Positions 31,202 through 42,280 of a DNA stretch of 64,000 nucleotides are shown in pieces; the stretch's first letter is position 1, and each line of letters opens with the position of its first letter. A program made the position numbers and the translations under genes. Source of the stretch: Candidatus Latescibacterota bacterium (GTDB taxonomy: Bacteria; Latescibacterota; UBA2968; GCA-2709665). Location of the stretch: NCBI GenBank assembly GCA_965237675.1, contig OZ250150.1, positions 4,544,001 to 4,608,000 of the forward strand. Direction: 5' to 3'. The notes beneath the pieces are model-generated. The model searched no databases. It was not told where the DNA came from and saw nothing but the letters and a program-made list of their open reading frames with translations.

Positions 31202-31450
31202 ATGCCCATTGATCCTGCACTACTCAAGCGCATTACCGTGCGCCCGGATGTCTTTGGTGGCAAGCCCATCATTCGCGACATGCGCATCGCGGTGGAACAT
31301 GTTCTGGGAATGCTCGCGGCAGGCGATACCACAGAGACGATTCTCCAGGAATACCCGATTCTGGAGCCCGAAGACATCCAGGCGTGCCTTCTTTTTGCCC
31401 ACCGTTCGCTGGCAGGTGACCATGTCCATGAGCGTGTGCCTATCCGGTAA
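31202..31450 (+). CDS. DUF433 family antitoxin
   Basis: RITVRPDVFGGKPIIRDMRIAV...EYPILEPEDIQACL; GGAGG RBS. Confidence 0.9.
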   Translation: MPIDPALLKRITVRPDVFGGKPIIRDMRIAVEHVLGMLAAGDTTETILQEYPILEPEDIQACLLFAHRSLAGDHVHERVPIR

Positions 31451-31455
31451 GCATC

Positions 31456-31830
31456 GTGAAATTCCTTATTGACGTCTGTGCCGCGTCCCGCAGTTTGTGT
31501 ACAATGTTGACCGATCTGGGTCATAATGTCGTTTCGGGCGCGGAGATAAATCCTCGTGCCACGGATGAAGCCCTGCTCGCAGTGGCAAACCAGGAGCAAC
31601 GAGTGCTCGTCACCGAAGACAAGGATTTTGGTGAACTGGTCTTTGTGCGGCACTTGCCCCACCCGTGCATCATCCGCTTCGTCGAAATGCAGGTTTCGGA
31701 GAAGGTAGCTGCTATGCGTGAGTTGCTTGAGCAGCATGCGGATGCGATGCACGAGAGCGCTATGATCGTGGTGACGCGGAGACGGGTGCGGATACGTCTA
31801 GGAAAACGCAACGAGCAGGGTACCAACTAA
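31456..31830 (+). CDS. DUF5615 PIN-like toxin
   Basis: MKFLID...ATDEALL...RVLVTEDKDFGEL; directly follows DUF433. Confidence 0.88.
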   Translation: MKFLIDVCAASRSLCTMLTDLGHNVVSGAEINPRATDEALLAVANQEQRVLVTEDKDFGELVFVRHLPHPCIIRFVEMQVSEKVAAMRELLEQHADAMHESAMIVVTRRRVRIRLGKRNEQGTN

Positions 31831-32048
31831 GGACCGTGTCCGCGCGAGAACCTCGAAAATCGATGCCGACTGGTGTTTTGAAAGGACTGTTCGTAGACCC
31901 TTTCGAATGGCTGGCAGTAGATACGGTGACCTCTGATCGCATGTTGAGCTTTCGGTTCGGGTCGACTCACGCTCAGCAGACACTACCGTGAGCGAGTTAA
32001 GGCGGATTCCAAAAAACTCGGCATAGACGGCAACTTCGATATTGAAGG

Positions 32049-32912
32049 TTGAGGAGAACGAGGATTTCCCCAAGGGAGGCAGTGATCCAAACACGGATGT
32101 TTTGTAGTGTATCGGTGCTGATCGTGACGGCCACAGTGTCACACGCGACGTCTGCACAGACGTCCAGCCTGAAATCTGAAACCGCGCCTGCGAGGGTCCG
32201 CGCGACGTCCTTCGCGCCGGGTGATTTCTATGTTCGTGGCGGAGCCGTTCTGGACTGGCTATCCGGGACGCGCTTCGAGGACAAAAACTGCTCGAGCACC
32301 GCTCCGGCGGCCCTGTATGGATGCGGGACGGGCGTGGACGGCGCCACCCTGGGCGCTACGGGCGATTTTTCAAGAACCGCCGGTTTCGAAGCCGGCATCG
32401 GCTATGTTGCCGCGAAGCGGGTGCGCGTCGAGGCCGCCATTCAATACCGCCCGAAGTTCTCGTTTAGCGGCAACGCCAACTTCCTGCAAACCACGGGCCC
32501 TCAGGACGTGTCGGCCGACCTGTCCTCCCTCTCAGCCCTTTTAATCGCCTATGCGGACCTTCCCGGACGGGAGCCGTTCAGTCCCTTCCTCGGGTGCGGC
32601 GGCGGATTGTCGCGCAATTCCATCGACGAAACCGGCATGGAGTTTACCAGAACGACCACCATCGTCCCCGGCGCAAGCAGGGTAGGATTCGCGTTTATGT
32701 TGACGGCGGGCGTGGCGGCGCGGATACGTGGAAAGATGACGGCTGATATTGGATGGCGTTACATGAATTCCGGCGCCGTGGAAACCGGTAGGGCCAGGGG
32801 CCGAATCGTCTGGCTCGACGGAAGCCGCGACCCGCTGGAACTCGATCTCGCGGAAACAACGGCGAATCTGTCCAGCCACGGACTTCGTGTTTCGTTACGC
32901 TATGGACTTTGA
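32049..32912 (+). CDS. Outer-membrane beta-barrel (opacity-protein-like); start uncertain
   Basis: Signal-like N-terminus, amphipathic strands, PFLGCGGG, terminal LRVSLRYGL. Confidence 0.7.
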   Translation: MRRTRISPREAVIQTRMFCSVSVLIVTATVSHATSAQTSSLKSETAPARVRATSFAPGDFYVRGGAVLDWLSGTRFEDKNCSSTAPAALYGCGTGVDGATLGATGDFSRTAGFEAGIGYVAAKRVRVEAAIQYRPKFSFSGNANFLQTTGPQDVSADLSSLSALLIAYADLPGREPFSPFLGCGGGLSRNSIDETGMEFTRTTTIVPGASRVGFAFMLTAGVAARIRGKMTADIGWRYMNSGAVETGRARGRIVWLDGSRDPLELDLAETTANLSSHGLRVSLRYGL

Positions 32913-32956
32913 ACCCCGCTGTACGACCGCGCGGGCGCTGGAGAAAGGAAGTAAGC

Positions 32957-33616
32957 GTGACCACCTATAGCGTCTACTTCGCCGGCGAACTCTTCGACCA
33001 CAAGCACCTCATCGGCAATGCGATCCTCGCCGAAGCGATTGAACGCCATTCGGACGGTCGGTACGCCTGCGTCGTACCCCAACATCTTGAACAGGCCACG
33101 GGACGGGCGGTCGACATCCGCAATCAGGATCTGAAGCAGGTGATGGCCTGCGACATGGGTCTGTTCAACTTCGACGGCACGGACCTGGATTCGGGTACGG
33201 TGGTGGAATTTATGATGGCCAAATTCCTGGACATCCCTTCTGTGATTCTGCGTTCCGACTTCCGGTCGTCCGGCGACCAGGACAAAGACGGCGACGCATG
33301 GAACCTGATGTGTTCCTTCTATCCTCGTGTCCGGAAGGTTCGATTCAACGCCATGGCATGGTACCAGGAAGCGCGCGAGGGCGCCGCCGATCCGGGCGAG
33401 TGCTCAAGCCGACTGTACGCCAGAGTCGCCGCCGCCGTCATTGAACAGTTGGACGCCGTCCGGGCAGAGCCGCCGTTGTTTGAATCCGACACCCAACGAA
33501 TGCACACGCAATACAACTGGGCGACGCGCTTTCCGGGCGGCGGGCTGGAGGGCTTCTGCGGTCCGGATTTCGTGAACGAGGTCGTAGAGGCCAAACGACG
33601 GAAGGGCCTGCTCTAA
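32957..33616 (+). CDS. Nucleoside 2-deoxyribosyltransferase family protein
   Basis: VYFAGELF, DGTDLDSGTVVEF, RSDFR, WNLM. Confidence 0.8.
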   Translation: MTTYSVYFAGELFDHKHLIGNAILAEAIERHSDGRYACVVPQHLEQATGRAVDIRNQDLKQVMACDMGLFNFDGTDLDSGTVVEFMMAKFLDIPSVILRSDFRSSGDQDKDGDAWNLMCSFYPRVRKVRFNAMAWYQEAREGAADPGECSSRLYARVAAAVIEQLDAVRAEPPLFESDTQRMHTQYNWATRFPGGGLEGFCGPDFVNEVVEAKRRKGLL

Positions 33617-33746
33617 AGCGTTGTTCGTACCCCGGCCATCCCTGAGTGGCCGCACGTTCCACAGAACATACATATTACGTGGAGCACCTTATAGTCTGCA
33701 TCATACGCCACGGTAAACGTTATTGAGCCTGTACCGTGAGCCGCTC

Positions 33747-33793
33747 CCTGAGCCTGTCGAAGGGTGGCGAAACGTGCGCGCTTCGACAAGCTC
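33747..33793. repeat. REP-like palindrome (CCTGAGCCTGTCGAAG / CTTCGACAAGCTC family)
   Basis: Same motif family as at 36.8, 43.1 and 50.4 kb. Confidence 0.75.
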
Positions 33794-33864
33794 GCATTCA
33801 CCGTAGCAGGGGCGATAAATGTCAGCTACTTACTGCTCCTGGTAAAAATTCGGGAGGCAGGTTT

Positions 33865-35007
33865 ATGCACGATATCACGGGCGGCCTGTCCCGCCTGCAG
33901 TCAAAACGCACCGGCCGCTCTTCCTCATGGGATTCGACCGGGCGAAACAGTGACGCATGGACCCTGGAACCGGGCGAAACCCGTGTTCTGGCCGACATCG
34001 AAGGACCCGCCTGTATAACGCATCTCTGGTTCACCCAGCGCAATCACTACCGCGAATGCCTGTTAAAAGTCACCTATGACGATGCAGAGGATCCCAGCGT
34101 ACTGTGTCCCCTGGGCGACTTCTTTGGCCTGGGCCACGCCATTGTCAACTCCTACCAGTCGCTCCTGTTTACCGCGTCAACCAACAGCAACAACCAGTTC
34201 GACACCGGCTGCGCGCTCAACGCTTACGTGCCGATGCCTTTCCTCAAGAAGGCCCGCGTCGAACTGGTCAACGAAAGCGACGAGCCCCACCGGCAGTATT
34301 TCTATGTGGATTGGGAAACCTGTCCGGATGGGCTGCCTGCCGATACCGGGTATTTCCACGCTGAGTTTCGGCGGGAAAATCCCTTCGGCGGGTGGGGGCA
34401 CGAAATCAGCGCGAATACGCCCGAAGCCGATATCGTCAATATGGGGCGCGAGGCCTGGGAAAACAACTACGTCATCCTGGACGCCGAGGGGCGCGGCCAC
34501 TATATCGGCTGCAATATCAGCGTCACCAACTTTCAGGGGACCTGGTGGGGCGAGGGCGACGACATGATCTGGGTGGACGGATACCGGTGGCCGCCGGATC
34601 TGCACGGCACCGGAAGCGAGGACTATCTGAACCAGGCCTGGGGCATGCAACCCAACGCATTCCTGCGGAACGGGTCCTCAATCTACGAGCACGATACCAA
34701 CGGGTATCAGACCAGCTACGTCCACCACCTGGAGAATCCGGTGCGCTTCGATCGGGAGATCAAGGTCACGATCGAGCACGGCCACGGGAACCACCTGTGC
34801 AACGAGATGAGCAGCGTGGCCTACTGGTACGGCGACCGTCCCCGAGCGGCGGCCCCGCCACCGGCCGTGGCCCAGCGCCTTCCGGTTCGACGCGACAACC
34901 GGGGACGCTGGCTGCACGATGCGCAGATTCAGACCACCTCGCGTACCGTCCCGCTGAATGAGGAGATGAAGGACAGCAAGGCGCGCTGGCGCCGCGACAA
35001 CCCGTAG
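33865..35007 (+). CDS. DUF2961 / GH172-like glycoside hydrolase
   Basis: SSWDSTGRNSD, PLGDFFG, WWGEGDD, GTGSEDY, TIEHGHGN, SSVAYWY. Confidence 0.85.
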   Translation: MHDITGGLSRLQSKRTGRSSSWDSTGRNSDAWTLEPGETRVLADIEGPACITHLWFTQRNHYRECLLKVTYDDAEDPSVLCPLGDFFGLGHAIVNSYQSLLFTASTNSNNQFDTGCALNAYVPMPFLKKARVELVNESDEPHRQYFYVDWETCPDGLPADTGYFHAEFRRENPFGGWGHEISANTPEADIVNMGREAWENNYVILDAEGRGHYIGCNISVTNFQGTWWGEGDDMIWVDGYRWPPDLHGTGSEDYLNQAWGMQPNAFLRNGSSIYEHDTNGYQTSYVHHLENPVRFDREIKVTIEHGHGNHLCNEMSSVAYWYGDRPRAAAPPPAVAQRLPVRRDNRGRWLHDAQIQTTSRTVPLNEEMKDSKARWRRDNP

Positions 35008-35176
35008 TCGGAACGTAACGGGGGCTCGGACAGGGAAGGAAAAACGGGCCGGCGCACGGATGGGTACGGTCAAGGGCCGCCAGGGCACGAACGGAATCTG
35101 TACGGTGTAAAATGCGACAGGGAATCCCGGGCATACCGCCCGCACCTACAGCCCTTGCGGCGCCCCTATACGGGAG

Positions 35177-36664
35177 ATGGAGATGGCATCGGGCGAGCAG
35201 CCGAATATCGTGCTCATCATGTCAGATCAGCACAACGCAAACGTTATGGGGTGCGCCGGCAACCCGATTGTCCGGACCCCCAACCTGGACGCGCTGGCCG
35301 AGCATGGCACCCGCTTCACGAACGTTTACTGTCCCTACCCGCTCTGCGCTCCGTCCAGGATGGGCTTTATGGCTGCCAGTTACCCCAGCGAAGTCGGCGT
35401 ATTCGACAACGGCGGGATCCTATCGTCCCATACCCCCACGTTCGCCCACGGCCTGGGCGCGTCGGGTTACGAGACCGTACTCTGCGGTCGGATGCACTTT
35501 GTGGGACCGGACCCGTTTCACGGCTTCGAGAAGCGCATCCACGGCGATTGCGGCGGCCGGTCGCTTTCCCCGGAAATCCTCGGATCGGGACCCCACCGCA
35601 CGAACGGGCAGACAAAATACGCCGTTGAAGTCTCCGGATACGGCGGGACCGGCTACCAGCACTTCGACCTGAGCGTCACGGACACCGCCTGCGAATTTAT
35701 CGCGGATTGGGCCCGGAACAGTCGCCCCTGCTGCCTCGTGGTTGGACTGATGCTGCCCCACAACCCCCTCATCTGTTCCAGACACCTGTTCGACCGCTAC
35801 ATGGAAGAGGTCCCCGTCCCTGAACCCGTTTCTTCTGACTATCTGGACGCCCTCCACCCCGCAATGCGGAAATGGCGGGAGCGCCGGGGCGTGGACGAAT
35901 TGACGCCCGAACAGAACCGACGGGGCCTGGCCGCCTATTACGGCCTCGTCACGGAACTCGATCGAAACGTCGGCAGAATCGTGGATGCGGTCCGATCCTC
36001 GCCGGAAGCCGAACGGACCGTCATCGTCTACTGCTCCGACCACGGCGATATGGCCTGCGAACACGGCATGTGGTGGAAGAGCAGTTTCTACGACGGCTCC
36101 GCCCGCGTCCCCCTCATCGTCTCCTGGCCGCGGCGCCTGCCCCAGGGAAGAGAAAACACAGCTGTCGTGAGCCTCATCGACCTGGGACCCACGGTCCTGG
36201 AACTGGCCGGTGTGCCGCCTCTGCCCGATGTACCGGGGAGGAGCTTCGCCGGTTTCCTGAGTGGCGAAGGGACAATTCCCGACTGGCCCCACGAGGTCTT
36301 CTCCGAGTACATCGGCCTCCTTGGAGATCAACCCGCCTGCATGGTCCGCCGCGGCCCGTGGAAGCTGAACTACTATCACGAATTCCAATCCTGCCAGCTT
36401 TTCAATATGGTCGAGGATCCCGGAGAGAGGCACGACCGGGCGGAAGATCCCGACTGCCGGAAAATCGTAGCAGATTGTCAGGCAAGAATTCACGCGCGGT
36501 GGTCGGCAGAGCGCATCTTGCGAAACGCTAAAAGACAAAACCGGGCGCGAGACCTGATCCGGCGATGCGGACACGGCCCTACACCCCGTCCGGTTGCGCC
36601 CTTCGCCGCTTCTGAGGGCGACAATCGGTTCGATTTTTCCCAGTTGCCCGGCAATCGGCCTTAA
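35177..36664 (+). CDS. Sulfatase (Cys-type, choline-sulfatase-like)
   Basis: PNIVLIMSDQH, CAPSR, GRMHF, SDHGD, WWKS. Confidence 0.92.
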   Translation: MEMASGEQPNIVLIMSDQHNANVMGCAGNPIVRTPNLDALAEHGTRFTNVYCPYPLCAPSRMGFMAASYPSEVGVFDNGGILSSHTPTFAHGLGASGYETVLCGRMHFVGPDPFHGFEKRIHGDCGGRSLSPEILGSGPHRTNGQTKYAVEVSGYGGTGYQHFDLSVTDTACEFIADWARNSRPCCLVVGLMLPHNPLICSRHLFDRYMEEVPVPEPVSSDYLDALHPAMRKWRERRGVDELTPEQNRRGLAAYYGLVTELDRNVGRIVDAVRSSPEAERTVIVYCSDHGDMACEHGMWWKSSFYDGSARVPLIVSWPRRLPQGRENTAVVSLIDLGPTVLELAGVPPLPDVPGRSFAGFLSGEGTIPDWPHEVFSEYIGLLGDQPACMVRRGPWKLNYYHEFQSCQLFNMVEDPGERHDRAEDPDCRKIVADCQARIHARWSAERILRNAKRQNRARDLIRRCGHGPTPRPVAPFAASEGDNRFDFSQLPGNRP

Positions 36665-36671
36665 CTGGCGC

Positions 36672-36983
36672 CTAGTGTCCCGTCCCAGAAATATGTCACC
36701 ATTCATCCCTGTCTGCGTGCGTGAGGCAGCACGCACAGGCCGGCGCCGATTCATCCCGTCTGGCTGCGTTGCTTGCGCTGAGCTTGTCGAAGTGCCTTCC
36801 CTCGCAGAAACGTGGTCATTGAGCTTGTCGAAATGCCCGCGTTTCGCTACCCTTCGCCGACCCTTCGACAAGCTCAGGGAGCGGCTCAGGGTGCAGGCGC
36901 CGGTTCCTGAGCCTGTCGAAGGATGCCAGCCGGGCGACTCGGCGGCCGAATTTCGGCGATCTATTTCCGGGACAGCACATTAG
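36672..36983. mobile_element. MITE-like element carrying REP-like palindromes, copy 1
   Basis: Imperfect TIRs TAGTGTCCCGTCCCAGAAATA / TATTTCCGGGACAGCACATTA; both ends are shared with 42986..43194. Confidence 0.7.
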
Positions 36984-38646
36984 TCTTCGCTCTTCAATAT
37001 CCCCTCTGTCGCCTCAGACCACGCGCCGCATCGGATCTCCAGGGTCCGATCGACGGGCGTCAGCAGCGTAATCAGAATCCGGAACGCCTCCGGTGACTGT
37101 TCGCTCCAGCGCATCTGCCACATCCGATGCGCGTATGCGCCCGGCCCCACGGCGATCGCGTCGCCTCCGACGTGGTACGTCGCGTAACCCGATTTCAGGA
37201 ACGCGGTCTGGCCTGCGATCCCCTGGATGGCGCCGCTGTCGAGATCGAGTTCCCGCCGGGCGCAAAATCACAAGCGATCTGCAGGGGTACCCTGTCCAGT
37301 CCATCCGCCACAATCCGCAGGTCGAACCCGCCCTGCACTTCTTTCATCGTCAGATCCATTGCCAGCGGCGGTACGGCGGAGAATCTTCGACGCCAGCGCG
37401 CCTCCTCCCACTGCGTCTGGTCCATCGGTTCGCCCAGCGGATGGAAATACCCGGGGCTGTCGTAGTGCCACCCCCTCCCGGGATGTGTTATGCGAATCCC
37501 GCCCTCCTCCTCCTGCAAGTCCTCCCCCACAAACTGAGCCGTGCCATAGTAAGTTGCACACATCTGCACCGCAGTTAATTCGGCTTTGCCGTATTTCAAG
37601 CTGAAAGCCGACGTAATCCCCGAGGCCGTTGTCGCGCTCATCCTCCCGCGGCGCACCCGCCATATGCCCGAAACCGGATAGACCTTCGAATAGCTGTCTG
37701 GCAGCGGTTCGCGCTTCAGGTTATCCTCACGCCATTCCGGGTGTTCCAGGAACGGGTGAAGCGTCCAGGGCAGCCCGCCGGGCTCCTGATCGATCAGCCA
37801 GTCGGCGACCGCCGCGTAGAATCCGTTTTCCTCCATGCGCGCCATCGCGTAATAGCTGTCCACCAGTCCCACGGGAATCGTCTGCGTCCCCCGATCCTGC
37901 CTTTGAGACACACTCGTCACGACCGTACCGTCGGCATGCAGAAGATGGTAGGAAAGGTCCAGGTTCTTCCGTACCGGATCCAGTAACTCCGGCCGGTCCA
38001 GCACCGTTGCCACAATCCTCAGCGACCGGTTGCAGACCGCGTTGTAGACCCCCGTGCTTCGCTCGGTATACTCTCCGTCCTCATTGATATCGATAGTCTC
38101 CGCCAGGTAGGCCTCGATCGTGCCCATGACATCCAGACCCGGAAACAGCGCCCGCGCCTGCGCAAGCGCCGAGACCAGCACCCACCGGTGGTTGGGCGTA
38201 TGGAAACCGCCGTCGGCCATCCCGGGCGTGGCCGTTCGAATCAACTCGCCGAGCGCCTCAGCGATCTCTCCGGCCCCGGCATCGTCCGCAACCTCCCGCG
38301 CCGCCTCCACCACCGGCGCCATCGATTGCACCAGAAAGGCGGTATCCGGCGCCGAATCGAAGTTGGTGACCACCAGGTCGAATCGTCCGGAATCCCGCCG
38401 GACCCTGCGGCCGAACCCAGCTCCCAGGAGGATACGCTCGAGGATCTCGGTACTCCGATAGTGTGCGGAGCCCTCCAGCAGATAGGCATAGCAGAGGGGA
38501 ACGACGTGCTCCACCCCGGTGCCTCCCGCCACGCCGTCTTCGACAAAGCCGCCATAGTCCAAACGGGAGCGGTCCAGAACCTGCCGCGGCAGTATGGACG
38601 CCACCCGGGCATCGAGCAGGGGCAACAGGGATTCATAGGTCAGCAT
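36980..38646 (-). CDS. Hypothetical protein (alpha-helical N-terminus, possibly lyase-like) with frameshift at ~37252
   Basis: ORF 37195..38709 with GGFHTPNHRW and GEYTERSTGVYN. Adding 1 G in GGCGGG(G)AA extends a protein-like frame (ELDLDSGAIQG...) to TAA at 36980. Confidence 0.7.
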
Positions 38647-38885
38647 GTAATAATCTCCTTGTCGAGGGGGAATGAATACCGAATCTCCGTCATCAGTCAA
38701 AAAACGCACGGGTGCGTTCGTCTGCCTCTCGTAAATTATCGCGCCTCACAGGAAAAACAAACTTGACTTTTTCGAATTCATTTCAGAATATTTCGAAGAT
38801 CTGTTCAACATAGCACGACTGCCTATTGTTGTTGGGGCCCTCGGTCGATCCTTCCGGGCGCGGGGTGGTCCCGGAGAGGTTTCTT

Positions 38886-39782
38886 ATGCGTCCAGTGTTG
38901 GTCATCTTATCCGCCGTTCTCGGATTCCAGTCGCTCTATCACAGTTCCAACGTTTGGGCCCAAGCCGATCCTTCGGAGCGACCACGCTCCGGATGGTACG
39001 TCGGCGGAACACTGGGACTGAATCGAGCGTCGGACATCGATCAGGAGGGCTGGAACCGTGACACGTTCTGCTATCCCACGGACGCCTGTTTCGATCTGGA
39101 ACCCATTCCCGAAATCTCCGGGTACCGCTGGCGGTACAATAACGAAGCCGCCGCGGGACACGCGTTCCGGGTCTCGATCGGACGCATTTTCGATCGCAAG
39201 CGCGTGGAACTTTCACTCGCGCAGCAAAAGAACGGCCTCGACCAGATTTTTCAGAGCGTCACCAATGACGACGGCGTACGGATGGAGGATCGTCGCGGCG
39301 GAACAATCGAATCCAATGACAGATCTTCGATCGACGATCTCATCGCTCGCACGCTTTCCGTCGACGTCTATTACCATTTTACGCTTGCGCGCCTCGGGAT
39401 ATCGACGTACCTCGGCGGCGGGCTGGGCGCCGCGCACGTGAAATTGGCCGGCGTGCACTACTCCAACGATCACAGGGAGACATCGGCCAACGACCAGGCC
39501 TACGATCCGCCACTGTCGTTCTACAACAGCCGCCAGGATGGCGATTTATCCGACGTGGTTATGGCGGGGCACCTGCACGCCGGGGCCGACTACGGGGTAA
39601 ACGACAGGACATTTCTGGGATTGAAGCTGACCTACTCGATGACGGGCGGCATGGATGTCCGTGGGGGATATTCGATTCATCCGATGCACAGCCGGGATCC
39701 GGACTTCCTCAGCCACAATTCGTTCGCCGGCGCACGGCACTGGATGTTAACACTCAATGCCAAAAGGTTTTTCGGCAAGTGA
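38886..39782 (+). CDS. Outer-membrane beta-barrel protein
   Basis: Signal peptide, GWYVGG, YLGGGLGAA, AGADY; aromatic residues near the C-terminus. Confidence 0.72.
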   Translation: MRPVLVILSAVLGFQSLYHSSNVWAQADPSERPRSGWYVGGTLGLNRASDIDQEGWNRDTFCYPTDACFDLEPIPEISGYRWRYNNEAAAGHAFRVSIGRIFDRKRVELSLAQQKNGLDQIFQSVTNDDGVRMEDRRGGTIESNDRSSIDDLIARTLSVDVYYHFTLARLGISTYLGGGLGAAHVKLAGVHYSNDHRETSANDQAYDPPLSFYNSRQDGDLSDVVMAGHLHAGADYGVNDRTFLGLKLTYSMTGGMDVRGGYSIHPMHSRDPDFLSHNSFAGARHWMLTLNAKRFFGK

Positions 39783-39868
39783 ATCTGTCCATCCGGCACG
39801 CCTGAGACGCCCTGGCTACCTGACTGCCTGCTTCAATTCACCCAGGGCTTGTGGAAAAGGGAAAAACC

Positions 39869-41170
39869 ATGGGGAAAAAAGCCGCTGCTCCGGGATTGTT
39901 CGAACTCTACACGCGCGATCCCGACAGGGCCGACTATCTCCTCTTCGGCCGCGAGACCTATTCCGACCGGCGCGGATTCCTGAAAAATGCAGGATTGGCG
40001 ATAATGGGCGCCCTCGTTGGCTCGACCATCCCGTTCCACCGAAATATGCCCGCGCATTTCATTCCTTCCGTACTGGCCGCGGAGAGGGTCATCCATGGCA
40101 AGGACGGACTGGTCCTCCTGAACGATCGTCCGGTGAACGCCGAAACGCCGCCCCACCTGCTGGACGGCGCCATCACACCGACCGAGAGGCACTTTATCCG
40201 AAACAACGGCATCCCTCCGACGAACACGGATGCGACTGGATGGGCGCTGACCATTGACGGCCTGGTCGACCGGCCGATGAGGGTCGGCATTGACGAACTC
40301 AAACGAAGGTTCGAGGTGGTCACCCGTGCCCTGGTGCTGGAGTGCGGCGGGAATGGCCGCGCGTTCTTCGACCCTCCGGCGAAGGGCGACCGGTGGACCT
40401 ACGGCGCCGTGGGCTGCTCGTCGTGGACCGGCGTGCGCCTCGCCGACGTCCTTAAGGCCGCCGGGGTAAAGAAGAGCGTCGTCTACACGGCGCACGAAGG
40501 CGCCGATACCCACCTTTTCGGCGAGCCAGGCAGGCTCCCCCTATCCCGCGGCGTTCCTATCGCGAAGGCCATGGACGAACACAATCTCATCGCCTTTGCC
40601 CAGAACGGAAAACCGATCCACACCATGAACGGCGCGCCACTGCGCCTCATCATTCCGGGGTGGCCCGGAGCATGCTCGCAGAAGTGGTTGACCCGCATCT
40701 GGTTGCGGGATCGGGTCCACGACGGCCCGAAGATGACCGGCACATCCTACCGCGTTCCCGATCGCCCTATCGCCCCGGGAGAGAAGCTTGATGAGAAGGA
40801 CTTCGACATCATACATAGCATGCCGGTCAAGTCTCTGATCACGAATCCGTCCAACGGCCACAAGACGGCCGACCGGACGCTGAACGTCCGCGGGCACGCG
40901 TGGGCCGGCGACAGGCGCGTGGATGCCGTGCATCTGTCGATCGACTTCGGGGCAACGTGGATGGAGGCGAGGCTGGATGAACCGGTGAATACTTACGCGT
41001 GGCAGAACTGGCGCGCCTCGGTTGCGTTTCCACAGGAGGGGTACTACGAGGTCTGGGCGAGGGCCACCGACTCACACGGCGCGAGCCAGCCGCACGCCAT
41101 CGCCTGGAACCCGCGAGGCTATCTCAACAACTCGATGCACCGGGTCGCGGTAACGGTAGAAGGCGGTTAG
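39869..41170 (+). CDS. Sulfite oxidase-family molybdoenzyme with Tat signal (SorA/SorT-like)
   Basis: DRRGFLK Tat motif, HFIRNNG, LECGGNGR, NGAPLRLIIPGWPG, WNPRGYLNN. Confidence 0.88.
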   Translation: MGKKAAAPGLFELYTRDPDRADYLLFGRETYSDRRGFLKNAGLAIMGALVGSTIPFHRNMPAHFIPSVLAAERVIHGKDGLVLLNDRPVNAETPPHLLDGAITPTERHFIRNNGIPPTNTDATGWALTIDGLVDRPMRVGIDELKRRFEVVTRALVLECGGNGRAFFDPPAKGDRWTYGAVGCSSWTGVRLADVLKAAGVKKSVVYTAHEGADTHLFGEPGRLPLSRGVPIAKAMDEHNLIAFAQNGKPIHTMNGAPLRLIIPGWPGACSQKWLTRIWLRDRVHDGPKMTGTSYRVPDRPIAPGEKLDEKDFDIIHSMPVKSLITNPSNGHKTADRTLNVRGHAWAGDRRVDAVHLSIDFGATWMEARLDEPVNTYAWQNWRASVAFPQEGYYEVWARATDSHGASQPHAIAWNPRGYLNNSMHRVAVTVEGG

Positions 41171-41450
41171 AGGGAAGAGGGTAGACGGAAGAGATAAGCC
41201 ATTTTGGTAACTTTTCCGTATCAATCGTCGGCTAATGGGCGCTCGTTGTGCGAAATTTCGCAATTGCTTAAAACCTGGGTCTGCTCGTCCTTTCGTTTAG
41301 GAGAGGGGGTCGGGGGAGAGGTTCTCGTGAGCGAGACTGGTGAGGTCTGGTGTCGCGCTGTCACTTATTCCGTCACACCATTTACAGCTTTATGGAACTG
41401 CGTTCCGGGCGGACACAGGCATTACCGCTCTCACCAACTTTATTTTTCTC

Positions 41451-41669
41451 TTCGTCCTTTTTCTTATTCGCATAAGAAAAAGGACGAAAAAGAATCGCGC
41501 CGCTCGGCGCGGGGCCGGTTTTTCCGTGAACCACCTCAGGGCCGTAAATGGGAATTGGGTGGCCTAAGAGCGCCTCAGGCGTGCCCATACAGCGGCGATG
41601 GACGGATTACCACGGAAAAACCCCCAACGCCACCACCGGACGGACGTGAGGGTGAACCCGAAGGACCGC
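41451..41669 (-). ncRNA. Putative structured element, copy A (homologous to 56655..56861)
   Basis: 12-bp stem 41517-41528/41611-41622, GCCCCGCG..GAGCGGCG core, 17-bp terminal hairpin 41451-41488. Confidence 0.55.
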
Positions 41670-41732
41670 CGTATGGATTTGCGGTCGTACCGCCGATCGA
41701 TGCATGCTTTGTCCCGCGCCACGTTTGAGTTT

Positions 41733-41757
41733 GTAGGGGCAACCCTTGTGGTTGCCC
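41733..41757 (+). repeat. GTAG-type REP sequence
   Basis: GTAG-GGGCAACC-CTTGT-GGTTGCCC palindrome. Confidence 0.7.
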
Positions 41758-41981
41758 GCATTTCGGCGCTGAAGTTGATTGTCTGGTTTTTTTTAATAGC
41801 TGACGGCTGATGGCTGCTCGTATTAAGGAAGCCATGACGGCTATTAACACGATTCCTCTCCAGAGCGCTCCCAAAGCAGAGCGTGTGGTTCCGTCCAGCG
41901 CCGGAGCCGATGTTCCTCCTCGGCTCGCAGGGCAGAAAATCCTGTGCATCCCATGAGGCAATTCGCGCTGTGCATATAGCA

Positions 41982-42034
41982 GGCCCCGCGCCTAGCGGCG
42001 ACCTTTGGTTCCTTTTGGTCGCTTCAAAAGGAAC
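41982..42034 (+). repeat. Partial copy C of the structured element (core + terminal hairpin)
   Basis: GGCCCCGCGCCTAGCGGCG followed by GTTCCTTTTG-N7-CAAAAGGAAC hairpin. Confidence 0.55.
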
Positions 42035-42280
42035 GCGCCGCAGGCAGGGAATTTGGGGAGATGTGGGTTTTGAAATTGGCTTTCGGTTTTTGCTTCAAGC
42101 TGATAGCTTACGGCTGAAAGCTGATAGCTCTTTCCGAGGGGGCCGGGGGTAGAGGTCGCCGTGAGCGCCAAGCCGGTGGGGTGGTGCGGTGTGGTCCTCT
42201 CCCTTCTCCCGTCTCACGTCTCCCGGCCTTTAGCTGATGGCTGATTGCTTTTGTCACCCGCGCCAACCGGAGAAACTCCC

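Noticed and set aside
11000-32000. Prophage, ICE, retron or DGR
   Set aside because: No integrase, phage structural, conjugation or reverse transcriptase genes seen.
41451-41488. Hairpin as a simple rho-independent terminator of the sulfite oxidase gene
   Set aside because: It is about 280 nt downstream and part of a larger element repeated at 56.7 kb, though it may still terminate transcription.
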